Of a DNA stretch of 64,000 nt, positions 50,701 through 64,000 are shown piece by piece (position 1 is the stretch's first letter; each line of letters begins with the position of its first letter). The position numbers were made by a program, and so were the translations under genes. The notes below the pieces were generated by a model. That model made no database searches. It was not told where the DNA came from and was given only the letters and a program-made list of their open reading frames with translations. Source of the DNA: Felis catus (taxonomy: Eukaryota); NCBI RefSeq assembly GCF_018350175.1, contig NC_058373.1:100504001-100568000 (forward strand), read 5' to 3'.

Positions 50701-53700
50701 GCTAGAGGTTAATCAATTTTGTTTAATTTTTCAAAAAACCAACTCTTGGTTTTGTTGATATGCTCTACAGTTTTTTTAGATTCTATATTGTTTATTTCTG
50801 CTCTGATCTTTATGATTTCTCTTCTTCTGCTGGGTTTAGGCTGTCTTTGCTATTCTGCTTCTATTTCTTTTAGGTGTGCTGTTAGATTTTGTATTTGGGA
50901 TTTTTCTTGTTTCTTGAGATAGGCCTGGATTGCAATGTATTTTCCTCTCAGGACTGCCTTCGTTGCATCCCAAAGCATTTGGATTGTTGTATTTTCATTT
51001 TCGTTTGTTTCCATATATTGTTTAATTTCTTCTCTAATTGCCTGGTTGACCCACTCATTCGTTAGTAGGGTGTTCTTTAACCTCCATGCTTTTGGAGGTT
51101 TTCCAGACTTTTTCCTGTGGTTGATTTCAAGCTTCATAGCATTGTGGTCTGAAAGTATGCATGGTATAATTTCAATTCTTGTAAACTTATGAAGGGCTGT
51201 TTTGTGACCCAGTATATGATCTATCTTGGAGAATGTTCCATGTGCACTCGAGAAGAAAGTATATTCTGTTGCTTTGGGATGCAGAGTTCTAAATATATCT
51301 GTCAAGTCCATATGATCCAATGTATCATTCAGGGCCCTTGTTTCTTTATTGACTGTGTGTCCAGATGATTTACCCATTGCTTTAAGTGGAGTATTAAAGT
51401 CCCCTGCAATTACCACATTCTTATCAATAAGGTTGCTTATGTTTGTGAGTAATTGTTTTATATATTTGGGGGCTCCTGTATTTGGCACATAGACATTTAT
51501 AATTGTTAGCTCTTCCTGATGGATAGACCCTGTAATTATTATATAATGCCCTCTTCATCTCTTGTTACAGCCTTTAATTTAAAGTCAAGTTTGTGTGATA
51601 TAAGTATGGCTACTCCAGCTTTCTTTTGACTTCCAGTAGCATGATAGATAGTTCTCCATCCCCTCACTTTCAACCTGAAGGTGTCCTCAGGTCTAAAGTG
51701 AGTCTCTTGTAGACTGCAAATAGATGGGTCTTGTTTTTTTATCCATTCTGATACCCTATGTCTTTCGGTTGGAGCATTTAATCCATTTACATTCAGTGTT
51801 ATTATAGAAAGATACGGGTTTAGAGTCATTGTGATGTCTGTACGTTTCATGCTTGTAGTGATTTCTCTGGTACTTTGTCTCACAGGATCCCCCTTAGGAT
51901 CTCTTGTAGAGCTGGTTTAGTGGTGACGAATTCCTTCAGTTTTTGTTTGTTTGGGAAGACCTTTATCTCTCCTTCTATTCTAAATGACAGAGTTGCTGGA
52001 CAAAGGATTCTTGGCTGCATATTTTTTCTGTTCATCACATTGAAGATCTCCTGCCATTCCTTTCTGGCCTGCCAAGTTTCTTTTTTTTTTTTTTTTTCAG
52101 TATATGAAATTTATTGTCAAATTGGTTTCCATACAACACCCAGTGCTCAACCCAAAAGGTGCCCTCCTCAATACCCATCTCCCACCCTCCCCTCCCTCCC
52201 ACCCCCCATCAACCCTCAGTTTGTTCTCAGTTTTTAAGAGTCTCTTATGCTTTGGCTCTCTCCCACTCTAACCTTTTTTTTTTTTTTTCTTCCTTCCCCT
52301 CCCCCATGGGTTTCTGTTAAGTTTCTCAGGATCCACGTAAGAATGAAAACATATGGTATCTGTCTTTCTCTGTATGGCTTATTTCACTTAGCATCACATT
52401 CTCCAGTTCTATCCACATTGCTACAAAGGGCCATATTTCATTCTTTCTCATTGCCATGTAGTACTCCATTGTGTATATAAACCACAATTTCTTTATCCAT
52501 TCATCAGTTGATGGCCTGCCAAGTTTCAGTAGAGAGATCCGTCACGAGTCTTATCAGTCTCCCTTTATATGTTAGAGCACGTTTATCCCTCGCTGCTTTC
52601 AGAATTTTTTTCCTCTTTCCTTGTATTTTGCCAGTTTCACTATATGTCGTGCAGAAGATCGATTCAAGTTACGTCTGAAGGGAGTTCTCTGTGCCTCTCG
52701 GGTTTCAGTGCCTTTTTTCCTTCCTCAGATCAGGGAAGTTCTCAGCTATTATTTCTTCAAGTACCCCTTCAGCACCTTTCCCTCTCTCTTCCTCCTCTGG
52801 AGTACCAATTATGCATTATTTCTCTTTAGTGCATCACTTAGTTCTCTAATTTTCCCCTCATACTCCTGGATTTTTTTATCTCTCTTTTTCTCAGCTTCTT
52901 TTTCCATAATTTTATCTTCTAATTCACCTATTCTCTCCTCTGCCTCTTCAATCCAAGCTGTGGTTGCCTCCATTTTATTTTGCAGCTCATTAATAGCATT
53001 TTTTAGCTCCTCCTGGCTGTTCCTTAGTCCCTTGATCTCTGTAGCAATACATTCTCTGCTGTCCTCTATACTGTTTTCAAGCCCAGTGATTAATTTTATG
53101 ACTATTATTCTAAATTCACTTTCTGTTATATTGTTTAAATTATTTTTGATCACTTAGTTAGCTGTTGTTATTTTCTGGACATTTTTCTGAGGGGAATTCT
53201 TCCGTTTCGTCATTTTGAATAGTCCCTGGAGTGGTGCGGGACTGCGGGGCACTTCCCCTGTGCTGTCTTGAATAACTTGCGTTGGTGGGAGGGGCCGCAG
53301 TCAGACCTGATGTCTGCCCCCAGCCCAATGCTGGGGCCTCAGTCAGACTGGTGTGTGCCTTCTCTTCCCCTCTCCCAGGGGCAGGATTCACTGTGGGGTG
53401 GCGTGGCCCGTCTGGGCTACTTGCACACTGCCGGGCTTGTGATGCTAGGGATCTGGCGTATTAGCTGGGGTGGGTAGGCAAGGTGCACAGGGGCAGGAGG
53501 GGCAGGCTCAGTTCGCTTTTCCTTCGGAGATCCGCTTCGGGAGGGGCCGTGCGGCACCGGGAGGGAGTCAGACCTGCCAGAGGGATGGATCCGCAGAAGC
53601 ACAGCATTCAGTGTTTGTGCGGTGCAAGCAAGTTCCCTGGCAGGAACTGGTTCCCTTTGGGATTTTGGCTGGGGGATGGGCGAGGGAGATGGCGCTGGCG

Positions 53701-54130
53701 AGCGCTTTGTTCCCCGCCAAGCTGAGCTCTGTCGTCTGGGGCTCAGCAACTCTCCCTCCCTTTGTCCTCCAGCCTTCCCATTTTCCGAGCAGAGCTGTTA
53801 ACTTATGACCTCCCAGACGCTAAGTCGCGCTTGCTGTCGGAACACAGTCCGTCAGGCCCCTCCGCTTTTGCCAGCCAGACTCAGGGGCTCTGCTTGGCCG
53901 GCGAGCCGCCCCTCCGCCCCGGCTCCCTCCCGCCAGTCCGTGGAGCGCGCACCGCCTCTCCGCCCTTCCTACCCTCTTCCGTGGGCCTCTCGTCTATGCT
54001 TGGCTCCGGAGACTCCGTTTTGCTAGTCTTCTGGTGGTTTTCTGGGTTATTTAGGCAGGTGTGGGTGGAATCTAAGTGATCAGCAGGACGCGGTGAGCCC
54101 AGTGTCCTCCTACGCTGCCATCTTCCTCTG
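47725..54130 (-). mobile_element. Full-length felid L1, disabled; sense to DDHD1
   Basis: CpG-rich 5'UTR starting gaggaagatggcagcgtaggagg (~54128). ORF1 53213-51880 (MTKRKNSPQ...ALQEILRGIL*), ORF2 51829-47994 (MTLNPYLSIITLNVNGLN; EN, RT, Cys-rich), both broken by stops/frameshifts. AATAAA at 47784-47779. Confidence 0.96.
52081..52511 (-). mobile_element. 5'-truncated L1 nested in ORF1 of the full-length L1
   Basis: Perfect 16-bp TSD tggcctgccaagtttc at 52065-52080 and 52512-52527; poly(A) tail. Confidence 0.95.
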
Positions 54131-54704
54131 GGCTCTGTTTTGTTTTTTTTTTTTTTTTTTTTACACTTTTTGTTCTAATTGTTACCTTCATACACTGCAT
54201 GTGTGTTTATGTGTATGTGTGTATTTTAGGGAATCTTAAATCTGTTTTCTTATTTAACCTTTACCATCTGGTTTGTCCATTTTAAGTGGTATCTTAGAAT
54301 CGCCACTTAATATTTATACAATAGGGAATGATCTTATTCTATCTTCTCTTTCTCTCTTCACTCATTTTTAGTTTTATTCTTTCTACTTTGTCAGAATATA
54401 TAACACTCACACCCATGTCCCCACCACTGTTTTAGTTCTGGATCTACAATTAAATATACTAAATTCTAAGAACTTCCTAACCTTTTTCATGTTCAAAACT
54501 GTTTATCACTCTGATACTTGAAGGACAGGATAACTAGCTTGAACTTTGTTTCCTGGAGTTTTCAAAACTCAAGGAAATTCTTTCATGTTCAAAACTGTTT
54601 ATCTGTCACTATCACGTTTGTAAATTCTTTCATGTTCAAAACTGTTTATCTATCACTCTGATACTTGAAGGACAGGATTACTAGCTTGAACTTGGTTTCC
54701 TTCA

Positions 54705-54920
54705 GTTTAATGTTTTTGTATTTTTGAGAGAGAGAGAGAGAGAGAGAGAGACGGACCCCGAGCAGGGTAGGGGCAGAGAGAAAGGGAGACAGAGAATCTG
54801 AAACAGGCAGGCTCTGAGCTATGAGCACAGAGACTGACACAGGGCTTGAACTCCAGAAGAGCAAGATCATGACCTGAGCCGCGGTCAGACACTTCACTGA
54901 CTGAGCCACCCAGGCGCCCC
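54705..54920 (-). mobile_element. SINEC
   Basis: gagccacccaggcgcccc head; TSD tcctt(c/g)agttt. Confidence 0.9.
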
Positions 54921-55056
54921 TCCTTGAGTTTTTAAAAATGGGATCCTACCGGTAGTTTTCCTCGGTATATTGTTCTTGAGAAGTCTGATGTGAGCCTAAT
55001 TTTTTATTATTATTAGTAGTAAAGTCATCTCCTGCTCACTCTTTACCCCAGAGGGC

Positions 55057-55087
<31 letters not shown>

Positions 55088-57771
55088 TCTTTGAAGTCTA
55101 ATATTTTCCCTAGTCTTTAAAATCTAAAATCTAATAAAATCTAATCTCAGAGTTCATTGTTCTGAATCAATCTGTCCAAGGTGGGCCCTTTTAGTGTGTA
55201 GATTTCAGTTTTTCTCTTACTTTTGAAAAGTTGCCTTGAATTATGGCTTAATCGTTAGTTCTGTTCCATTGATTTCTCTTCTGCAGGGACTCTAATTATA
55301 AATATGTTGGGTCTCCCTTTGTCTATATTGCATTTCATACACTTTCTTTCTCAAGCTTTTTACTTCTTTCTGCATCTCATTTTCATTATTTTTCTTGTTT
55401 TCTTTCCTTTTATCAATGCCTCTTCCATCAATACGCCTATTAGTATGTCCTCAAGTTTGTTTATTTTTTATTTGCTTGGGGTAGTTTAATAGTTTCCCAA
55501 AACTTCCAGGGAAGATAGTGAAGTAAGAGGATCCTAAGCTCACCTCATCTCATGCATACAGAGAGGTAACATCCACATCAGTATAAGTAACCCAGAAAAC
55601 AACCTGAAGACTGGCAGAGCAGACTCTACAGCTAATTGTAGGGAAGAGGCCACATCAAAGATGTGGTTGGCAACCAAAATAACTGGGAGACTGTCTGTAG
55701 GAGGAAGTGACGCCACAGGCACAAAACCAGAAAGGAGAAGATGCCTCATTAGGCATCTGAGGTATGGGAGACCTGTACTGGGAAGAAGAAAACCCTCATA
55801 ACATATGGCTTTGAAAACCACAGGGTCTTAGCATTCGAGTTCTTACAATCAGTGAGGCTTAAAAACTGGAATTCTAAAAATCAGTGGGCTTTGCTCCGGG
55901 ACAGCATGAGAGAAACTGAGTCCCTGCCCTAAAAGAGAGAGTATAAGAAAGAACCCAACTTAGATATAGACTAGAAGCAGCAGTTTGAAAAACACCTAGG
56001 GAAGATTCATTTACGAATCTCAGAATGTATGCTGGAATGGCAGGGATTTTTAGGAGACTTCTCTAAGAACAAAAAAGCTAGAGAGCACAATTTCCTCCTC
56101 CCTCCCCACAGCCTAGATACAGGAAACACTGGGGGAACCACTAGAAACACTCCCCAACTAGCCTGTTAACAGAGTGCTCTCCTGTGGACTTGCCCTCCCC
56201 TCCCTCGCTCCAACAGGCCCTAAGCAGAAGTCAAAGCAGTGCCACAAGTGTGGCAGTGTGCAAATGTGCAAACAGCCCCAGCAGGGGCAGCACCACTCCA
56301 AAGTAACTCCTGCCCTACACAGAGTGGAAGACAACCACGCACACCAGTCCCACTGCAACCCCAGCAGTGGGTAGAGGTCAGACATGGTCTGACTGTAGAT
56401 TCCACCCACCAACGAAAGCTTCTCAGAGGACAACACAGAGATAGCACCCTGCAGTTTAGTGATACTGCATCTCTGACAAACACCTAGTCTGACTCAAGGT
56501 AGCCCCGGACTGGCCCATTAACAACACAGGGACTGAACCTTATCTGCAATAGGCAAAGAGCCATTTCAGAAGACTGGACTGAAGGCACATGTGGCTCAAC
56601 CATAACAGTAGGGCACACGCAACATACTCAGGAGACACCCCTGGAGTGAACAGGGGACACTGCAGGGCATTATAGGACTCGTCTTCATAAGGTCACTATT
56701 TTCAAAAGCAGGAGACATAGCTGGCTTACCTAACACACAAGAACAGAGTTAGTCAAAATGAGGAGACAAAAGACTATGTTCCAAATAAAAGAACAGGACA
56801 AAAAACAGCAAAAGAGCTAAATGAATTAGAGGTAAGTAATAAGCCTGCTAGAGAATTTAAGGTAATCGTCATAAAGATACTCACTGGACTTCTGAAAAGG
56901 GTGGAGGACTCCAGTGAGAACCTCAACAAAGAGAAAAACATAAAAAAGAACTAGTGAAAGATGAACTCAATAACTGAAATCCAGAATACACTGGAGAGAA
57001 TAAACAATACACTAGAGAAAGCAGATGGATCAGTGACTTGGAGGACAGGGTAATGAAAAACAATCAAGACACATAGTAATTAAATGGCAAAAAGTAGTGA
57101 TAGAGAATTTTATAAGCAGTAAGAGAAAACAGTAACATACAAGGGAAATCCTATAAGGCTATCAGCTGATTTTTTTTTTTGGCAAAAACATTGCAGGCCA
57201 GAAGGGAATGGCACAATATATTCAAAGTATGGAAAGAAAAAACCCTACAGCTAAGAATACTCTATCCAGCAAGGGTAACATTCAGAAGAGAAGGAGAGAT
57301 AAAGAATGTTCCAGACAAACAAGAGTTAAAGGAATTCATCACCACTAAACCAGCCTTATAAGAAATGTTAAAGGGGACTCTTAAGAGTAAGAATAGTAGG
57401 AAGCATAAAAGCAGTAAAATTAAATATATCTATAAAAATCAGTCAAGGGATTCACAAAATAAAAGGATGCAAAGTATGACACCATATACCTAAAACATGG
57501 GAGGGGGTGAGGAGTAAAAATTTAGTGCTTTTAGAATGGGTACAAATTTTAGGGGCAATCTACTTAATATAGATTGCTATATGCATAAGATGTTATACAT
57601 AAATCTAATCGTAACTACCAATCAAAAACCAGTTATAGATAGGCAAAATATGAAGAGAAAGAATCTAAGTATATTACTAAAGAAAGCCAGCAAATTGTGA
57701 GAGAAAAGAACAAGAAAGGAACAGAGAACTATAAAAACAACCATAAAAACCAGTAACAAAATGGCAATTCA

Positions 57772-57978
57772 GGGGCACCTGGGTGGCTGGCTCAGTTGAT
57801 TGAACATTCGACTTCAGCTCAGGTTATGATCTCAAGGTTCATGAATTTAAGGCCCACATCGGGCTCTGTGCTGTCAGCTGGGAGACTGGAGCCTGCTTCA
57901 GATTCTGTGTCACTTTCTCTCTGCCCCTTCCCTGCTCCTGCTCTGTCTCTCTCAAAAACAAACATTAAAATATTAAAA
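57772..57978 (+). mobile_element. SINEC nested at the ORF2 start of the older L1
   Basis: TSD acaaaatggcaat. Confidence 0.9.
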
Positions 57979-59338
57979 CAAAATGGCAATATGTATATAC
58001 CATCAACAATTACTTTGAATGTAAATGTACTAAATGCTCCAATAAGACACTGGGTGATGGAATGGATAAAAAAGCAATACTCATCTATATGCTGCCTACA
58101 AGAACCTCTTTTCAGACCTAAAGACACATGCAGACTGAAAGTGAACTGATAGAAATGCATTTATCATGCAAATACAAGTGAAAAAAAAAAACTGGGTAGC
58201 AATACTTACAATCAGACAAAACAGACTTTAAAACAAAGACTGACAAGAGTAGAAGAAGGACACTAAATAATCATAAAAGGAACAATCCAACAATGTGTAA
58301 CAACTGTAAATATTTATGTACTCAGCATGGGAGGACCCAAATAGATAAAGCAGCTAATAACAAACATAATGGAAGTAACTGATAGTAATACAATAATAGT
58401 GGGAAATTTTAACACCCTACTTACATCAATGGATAGATCATCCAAACAGAAAAGCAACAAGGAAATAGTGGCTTTGGATGACACATTGGATCAGGTGGAT
58501 CTAACAAGTTATATGCATAACATTCCATGAAAAAACAGCAGAATACACATTCTTTTCCAGTGCATGGGGAACATTCTCCAGAATAGATCACGTGTTAGGA
58601 CACAAAACAAGTTTCAAAAAATTCAGAAAGACTGAAATCATACATCTTTTCTGACTACAACATCAAAAAAACTAGAAATCACAAGAAGAGATCTGGAAAG
58701 AACACAAACACATACATGCAGGTTAAATAACATGATACTAAAACAATGGATGGGTCAACCAAGAAACCAAAGAGAAAATAAAAAAAACATATGGAGGGAA
58801 ATGATAATGAAAACACAATGGTCCAAAACCTCTGGGATACAGCAAAAGCTGTACTAAGAGGGAAGTTCATAGCAATACAAATCTACCTCAAGAAGAAAAA
58901 TCTCAAATAAGCAACTTAACCTTTCATCTAAAGGAGCTAGAAAAAGGACAACAAACAAAACCCAAAACCAGTAGAAGGAAGGAAGGAAATAATAAGAATT
59001 AAAGTAGAAATAAAATAGAAACTAAAACAAAACAAAAACAAAAACAAAAAAACCCAAAAAAAACACAAAACCCCCCCAAAAACAAAAACAGAAACAACAA
59101 AAACAGATCAATGAAACCAGGAGCTGGTTGTTTAAAAGAGAAATAAAATTGATAAACTTTTAGCCAGACTTAACATAAAAAAAAAAAAGACTCAAATAAA
59201 CAAAATCAGAAATGAAAGAGAAATAACCACCAAAACCAAAGAGAAATAACAACCAAAACCATAGAAACACAAAAGATTATAAGAGAATATTATGAAAAAT
59301 ATGCCAACAAATTGGGCAACCAATCTGGCTTAGTTTCT

Positions 59339-60736
59339 TTTTTTTTTAAATATATGAAATTTATTGTCAAATTGGTTTCCATACAACACCCAGTGCTCAT
59401 CCCAAAAGGTGCCCTCCTCAATACCCATCACCCACCCTCCCCTCCCTCCCACCCCCCCATCAACTCTCAGTTTGTTCTCAGTTTTTAAGACTCTCTTATG
59501 CTTTGGCTCTCTCCCTCTCTAACCTCTTTTTTTTTTTTTTTCTTCCCTTCCCCTCCGCCGTGGGTTTCTGTTAAGTTTCTCAGGATCCACGTAAGAATGA
59601 AAACATATGGTATCTGTCTTTCTCTGTATGGCTTATTTCACTTAGCATCACACTCTCCAGTTCCATCCACGTTGCTACAAAGGGCCATATTTCGTTCTTT
59701 CCCATTGTCACGTAGTACTCCATTGTGTATATAAACCACAATTTCTTTATCCATTCATCAGTGGATGGACATTTAGGCTCTTTCCATAATTTGGCTATTG
59801 TTGAGAGTGCTGCTATAAACATTGGGGTACAAGTGCCCCTATGCATCAGTACTCCTGTATCCCTTGGGTAAATTCCTAGCAGTGCTACTGCTGGGTCCTA
59901 GGGTAGGTCTATTTTTAATTTTTTGAGGAACCTCCACACTGTTTTCCAGAGCGGCTGCACCAGTTTGCATTCTCACCAACAGTGCAAGAGGGTTCCCGTT
60001 TCTCCACATCCTCTCCAGCATCTATAGTCTCCTGATTTGTCCATTTTGGCCACTCTGACTGGCGTGAGGTGATATCTGAGTGTGGTTTTGATTTGTATTT
60101 CCCTGATGAGGAGTGACGTTGAGCATCTTTTCATGTGTCTGTTGGCCATCCGCATGTCTTCTTTAGAGAAGTGTCTATTCATGTTTTCTGCCCATTTCTT
60201 CACTGGGTTATTTGTTTTTCAGGTGTGGAGTTTGGTGAGCTCTTTATAGATTCTGGATACTAGCCCTTTGTCCGATATGTCATTTGCAAATATCTTTTCC
60301 CATTCCATCGGTTGCCTTTTAGTTTTGTTGATTGTTTCCTTTGCTGTGCAGAAGCTTTTTATCTTCCTGATGTCCCAATAGTTCATTTTTGCTTTTAATT
60401 CCCTTGCCTTTGGGGATGTGTCAAGTAAGAAATTGCTATGGCTGAGGTCAGAGAGGTCTTTTCCTGCTTTCTCCTCTAGGGTTTTGATGGTTTCCTGTCT
60501 CACATTCAGGTCCTTTATCCATTTTGAGTTTATTTTTGTGAATGGTGTGAGAAAGTGGTCTAGTTTCAACCTTCTGCATGTTGCTGTCCAGTTCTCCCAG
60601 CACCATTTGTTAAAGAGGCTGTCTTTTTTCCATTGGATATTCTTTCCTGCTTTGTCAAAGATTAGTTGGCCATACTTTTGTGGGTCTAGTTCTGGGGTTT
60701 CTATTCTATTCCATTGGTCTATGTGTCTGTTTTTGT
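59339..60736 (-). mobile_element. Young 1.4-kb 5'-truncated felid L1 nested in the older L1
   Basis: Perfect 15-bp TSD tctggcttagtttct at 59324-59338 and 60737-60751; near-identical to ~47760-49150. Confidence 0.96.
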
Positions 60737-63700
60737 TCTGGCTTAGTTTCTAGAAGCATAAACCCTCCCAAAACAGAATCAGGAACAGACTGATTACTAA
60801 ACAGTGAAATTGAATCAGTATTCAAAAAAACTCCCAATAAACAAAAGTCCAGGACCAGACAGCTTCACAGGTGAATTCTAGCAAACACTTAAAGAAGAAT
60901 TAATATATGTTTTTCTCAAATTATTCCAAAAAATAGAAAAGGAAGGAAAGCTTCAAATTTATTGTGAGGCCAGATTACCCTGATACCAAAACCAGATAAA
61001 ATGTCTTTTGTAAAGACACTACAAAAAAAGAGAACTACAGGCCAATATCTCTGATGAACATAGATGCAAAAATATTCAACAAAAAATTAGTAAACTATAT
61101 TAAAAAATATATTAAAAAATCATTCACCACGATCAAGTGTATTTACTCCCAAGATGCAAGATCGGTTCAATATTTATGAATCAGTCAATATGATACATCA
61201 CATCAATAAGAGAAAAGATAAAAACCATACGATTATTTCAATTGATGCAGAAAAAGAACTTGACAAAGCACAAGATCCATTCATAATAAAAACCCTCAAC
61301 AAACTAGGTTTAGGGAAACATACATCAACATAATAAAGGCTATATATGAAAAATCCACAGCTAACACCATACTTGATGGTGAAAACTGAGGGCTTTATCC
61401 CTAAGATCAGGAACAAGACAAGAATGTCTCCTTTCCCCACTGTCATTCAATGTAGCACTGGAAGTCCTAGCCACAGCAGATAAGAAAAAGAAGTAAAAGG
61501 CATCCAAGCTGGTGATGAAGAAGCAAAACATTCACTATTTGCACGTGACTTAACACTACATATACATAACCCTAAGGACTCCACCAAAAAACTATCAGAA
61601 CTGATAAATGAATTTAGTAAGGTGACAGGATACAAAATCCACATATAGAAATCCAATGCATTTCTATATACTAATAATGTAGTGGCAGAAAGAGAAAGTG
61701 ATAAAACAATCTCATTTAGAATTGCTCCAAAAATAATAAAAACTTAGGAATAAACTTAACCATGGAGGTGAAAGACCTGTACTCTGAAAACTATAAAACA
61801 CTGATGAAAGAAATTAAATATGACACAAAGAAATGAAAAGAGATTCCATGGTCATGGAATGGGAGGACAAATATTGTTAAAATATCCCTACGACCTAAAG
61901 CAATCTACAGATTTAATGATATCTCTATCAAAATACCAACAGCATTTTTTAACAGAACTAGAACAAATCATCCTCAAATTTTTATGGAACCACAATAACC
62001 AAATAGCCAAAGCAATGTTGGAATGGAAGAACAAAACTGGTGTTAACACAATCCCAGATTTCAAGATATAATAAAAGCTGTAGTAATCAAAACAGTACGA
62101 TACTGGCAAAAAATTAACACATACATAGGTGAATAGAACAGAAAAGAAAGACCAGAAATAAACCCATGATTATATTGTCAATTAATCTACGGCAAAAGAG
62201 GCAAGAATATGCAATGGGAGAAAGTCTCTTCAACAAATGGTGTTGGAAAAACTGGACAGCTACACGCAAAAGAATAAAAGTGGACCACTCTTTTACACTA
62301 TACACAAAATTAAAACCCAGAATGGATTAAAGATCTAAATATGAGACCCGAAACCATAAAAATCCTAGCAGAGAGCACAGGTAGTAAAGTAATTTCTCCG
62401 ACATTGGTTTTTCTATGTACATCTCCTAAGGCAAGGGAAAGGAAAGTAAAAACAAACTATTGGGACTATACCAAAATAAAAGGCTTCCGCATGGCAAAGG
62501 AAACAATCAACAAAACAAAAGACAACCTACTGAACGGGAGAAGATATTTGCAAATGGTATATCTGATAAGGGGTTAGTATCCAAAATCTATAAAGAACTT
62601 AGAACTCAACACCAAAAAACCAAATAATCTAATTAAAAAATGAGCAGAGGACATGAACAGACATTTCTCCTAAGACATACAGATGACCAACAGACATATG
62701 AAAAGATGCTTGACATCACTAACCAGTAGGGAAATGCAATCAAAACCACCTGCCAGAATGGCTAAAATAAAAGATGCAAGAAACAACAAATGCTGGCGAA
62801 GACGCAGAGAAAAATGAACCCCCATGTACTGTTGGTGGGAATGAAAACTGGTATAACTACTGCGGAGAACAGGATGGAGGTTCCTCAAAAAATTAAAAAT
62901 AAAATTACCACATGATCCCATAATTCCACTACTGGGGACTTAGCCAAAGAATAAGAAAACACAACCTTGAAAAGATACATGCAGCCCTGTATTTATTGTA
63001 GCATTTTTTTTTTTAACAATAGTCAAGTTATGGAAGCAATCCAAGTGCACTGGTGATAGATAAATGGATAAAGACATCACACACACACACTGGAATATTA
63101 ATCAGCCATAAAAAGGAATGAAATCTTGCCATTTGCAACAATATGGATAGATATGTGAGCATAACGCTAAGTGAAATAAGAGAAAAACAAATACCATATG
63201 ATTTCACTCACATGTGGAATGTTAAGAAACAAAACAATGGAACACAGGAAAAAAGAGACAAACCGAAAAACAAGACTCTTAAATACAGAGAACAAACGGA
63301 TGGATACCAAAGGGGAAGTGGGTGGGGGTATGGGTGAAAGAGGTGAATAGGATTAAGGGTATACTTACTGTGATGAGCTCTGAGTATTGTACAGAACTGT
63401 TGAATCATTATATACCAGAAACTAATATAACATTACAGGGTACATTAAGGGTGGTGGTGGGTGAGTGAGTATTGAACTTGTGTGCCTCGTTTCTCTTTAA
63501 TCTCTATAGTACCCCTATTTTCTCCTTACATCCTCCTTTCCTCTCACTGTGATGGCTCCAAGGGGCACCATCCTTTATCTCTCCCAGAGCAATGTTTCTC
63601 TGATGCTGCTTGTGGCCTCTCTCTTTCACACACCTTCGCTATAGCTACTGCTATGAATTCCTAAGTCCCAGGCCTGTGTTTGTATCTCCTCAGCTGTGTG

Positions 63701-64000
63701 GGGGATATTTTCTTTCTGAAGGTCATTTTGCTTGCATATCATTATAAACCTCTGATTCCTTTCTTCTCTCTTCACTATCTCTTAAGCCTCTCCTTGCCCT
63801 ACTCTCCAGACTCAGAGCTTTGTAGCAGTGACAGAACTATTGTAACTTGTTTCTTTCCATACAAGTAATTTAAAATTCGTGGTATTATCTATGTTATACT
63901 AATGCTGAAGGTGTGAGTTATACATGGGTTATGCGTATGTGTGTGTGTGTGTATGTGTGTGTGTTCCTTTTCAATCTTATGGCTTTTGGGGAGGATGTGT

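Larger units (their letters stand above)
55508..63435 (+). mobile_element. Older near-full-length carnivore L1, heavily decayed; antisense to DDHD1
   Basis: 5' end gggaagatagtgaagtaagaggatcctaagctcacc; ORF1 remnant (KTLQARREWHNIFKV...TTKPAL); ORF2 remnants (TITLNVNVLNAPI...); 3'UTR to ~63435. Confidence 0.9.
1..64000 (-). other. DDHD1: DDHD1 gene body (partial: intron 1 through intron 9)
   Basis: Eight GT-AG exons in order on the minus strand splice into a continuous frame matching recalled DDHD1 protein (QADKIPVMRGQWF...HPTDPV). No exon 1 or exon 10 found in the window. Confidence 0.97.

Noticed and set aside
53158..54079. GC-rich overlapping ORFs or a CpG island suggesting a host promoter or exon 1
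   Set aside because: This is the L1 5'UTR; no DDHD1 exon 1 peptide is encoded here.
1..64000. CRISPR arrays, operons or other prokaryote-type systems
   Set aside because: Sequence is mammalian intron/exon DNA; the recurring ~200-bp units are SINEs, not repeat-spacer arrays.

Overview
Mammalian genomic DNA from a felid, judged by dense carnivore tRNA-derived SINEs (SINEC/CanSINE type) and cat-type L1s. The whole window lies inside one minus-strand gene, DDHD1 (phosphatidic acid-preferring phospholipase A1). Eight constitutive coding exons (2-9, human numbering from recall) have GT-AG boundaries and splice into one open frame. They include the SHSLG catalytic motif and the start of the DDHD domain; exon 1 and exons 10 onward are outside the window. 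The TE-poor intron between exons 2 and 3 holds the most interesting non-repeat signal: a 21-nt phase-1 microexon (GSGISYS), a 102-nt phase-1 cassette exon ending in KRKRS, a candidate poison exon, and a duplicated ~200-bp element with a 61/62-identical core. The rest is transposon-derived. It includes a full-length sense L1 with a nested L1 in ORF1, an older full-length antisense L1 carrying a young L1 that shares nonsense mutations with the first, a four-level TE nest, closely spaced inverted SINE pairs and a tandem SINE triplet. Repeat family names come from recalled consensus similarity, and repeat edges without TSDs are approximate.
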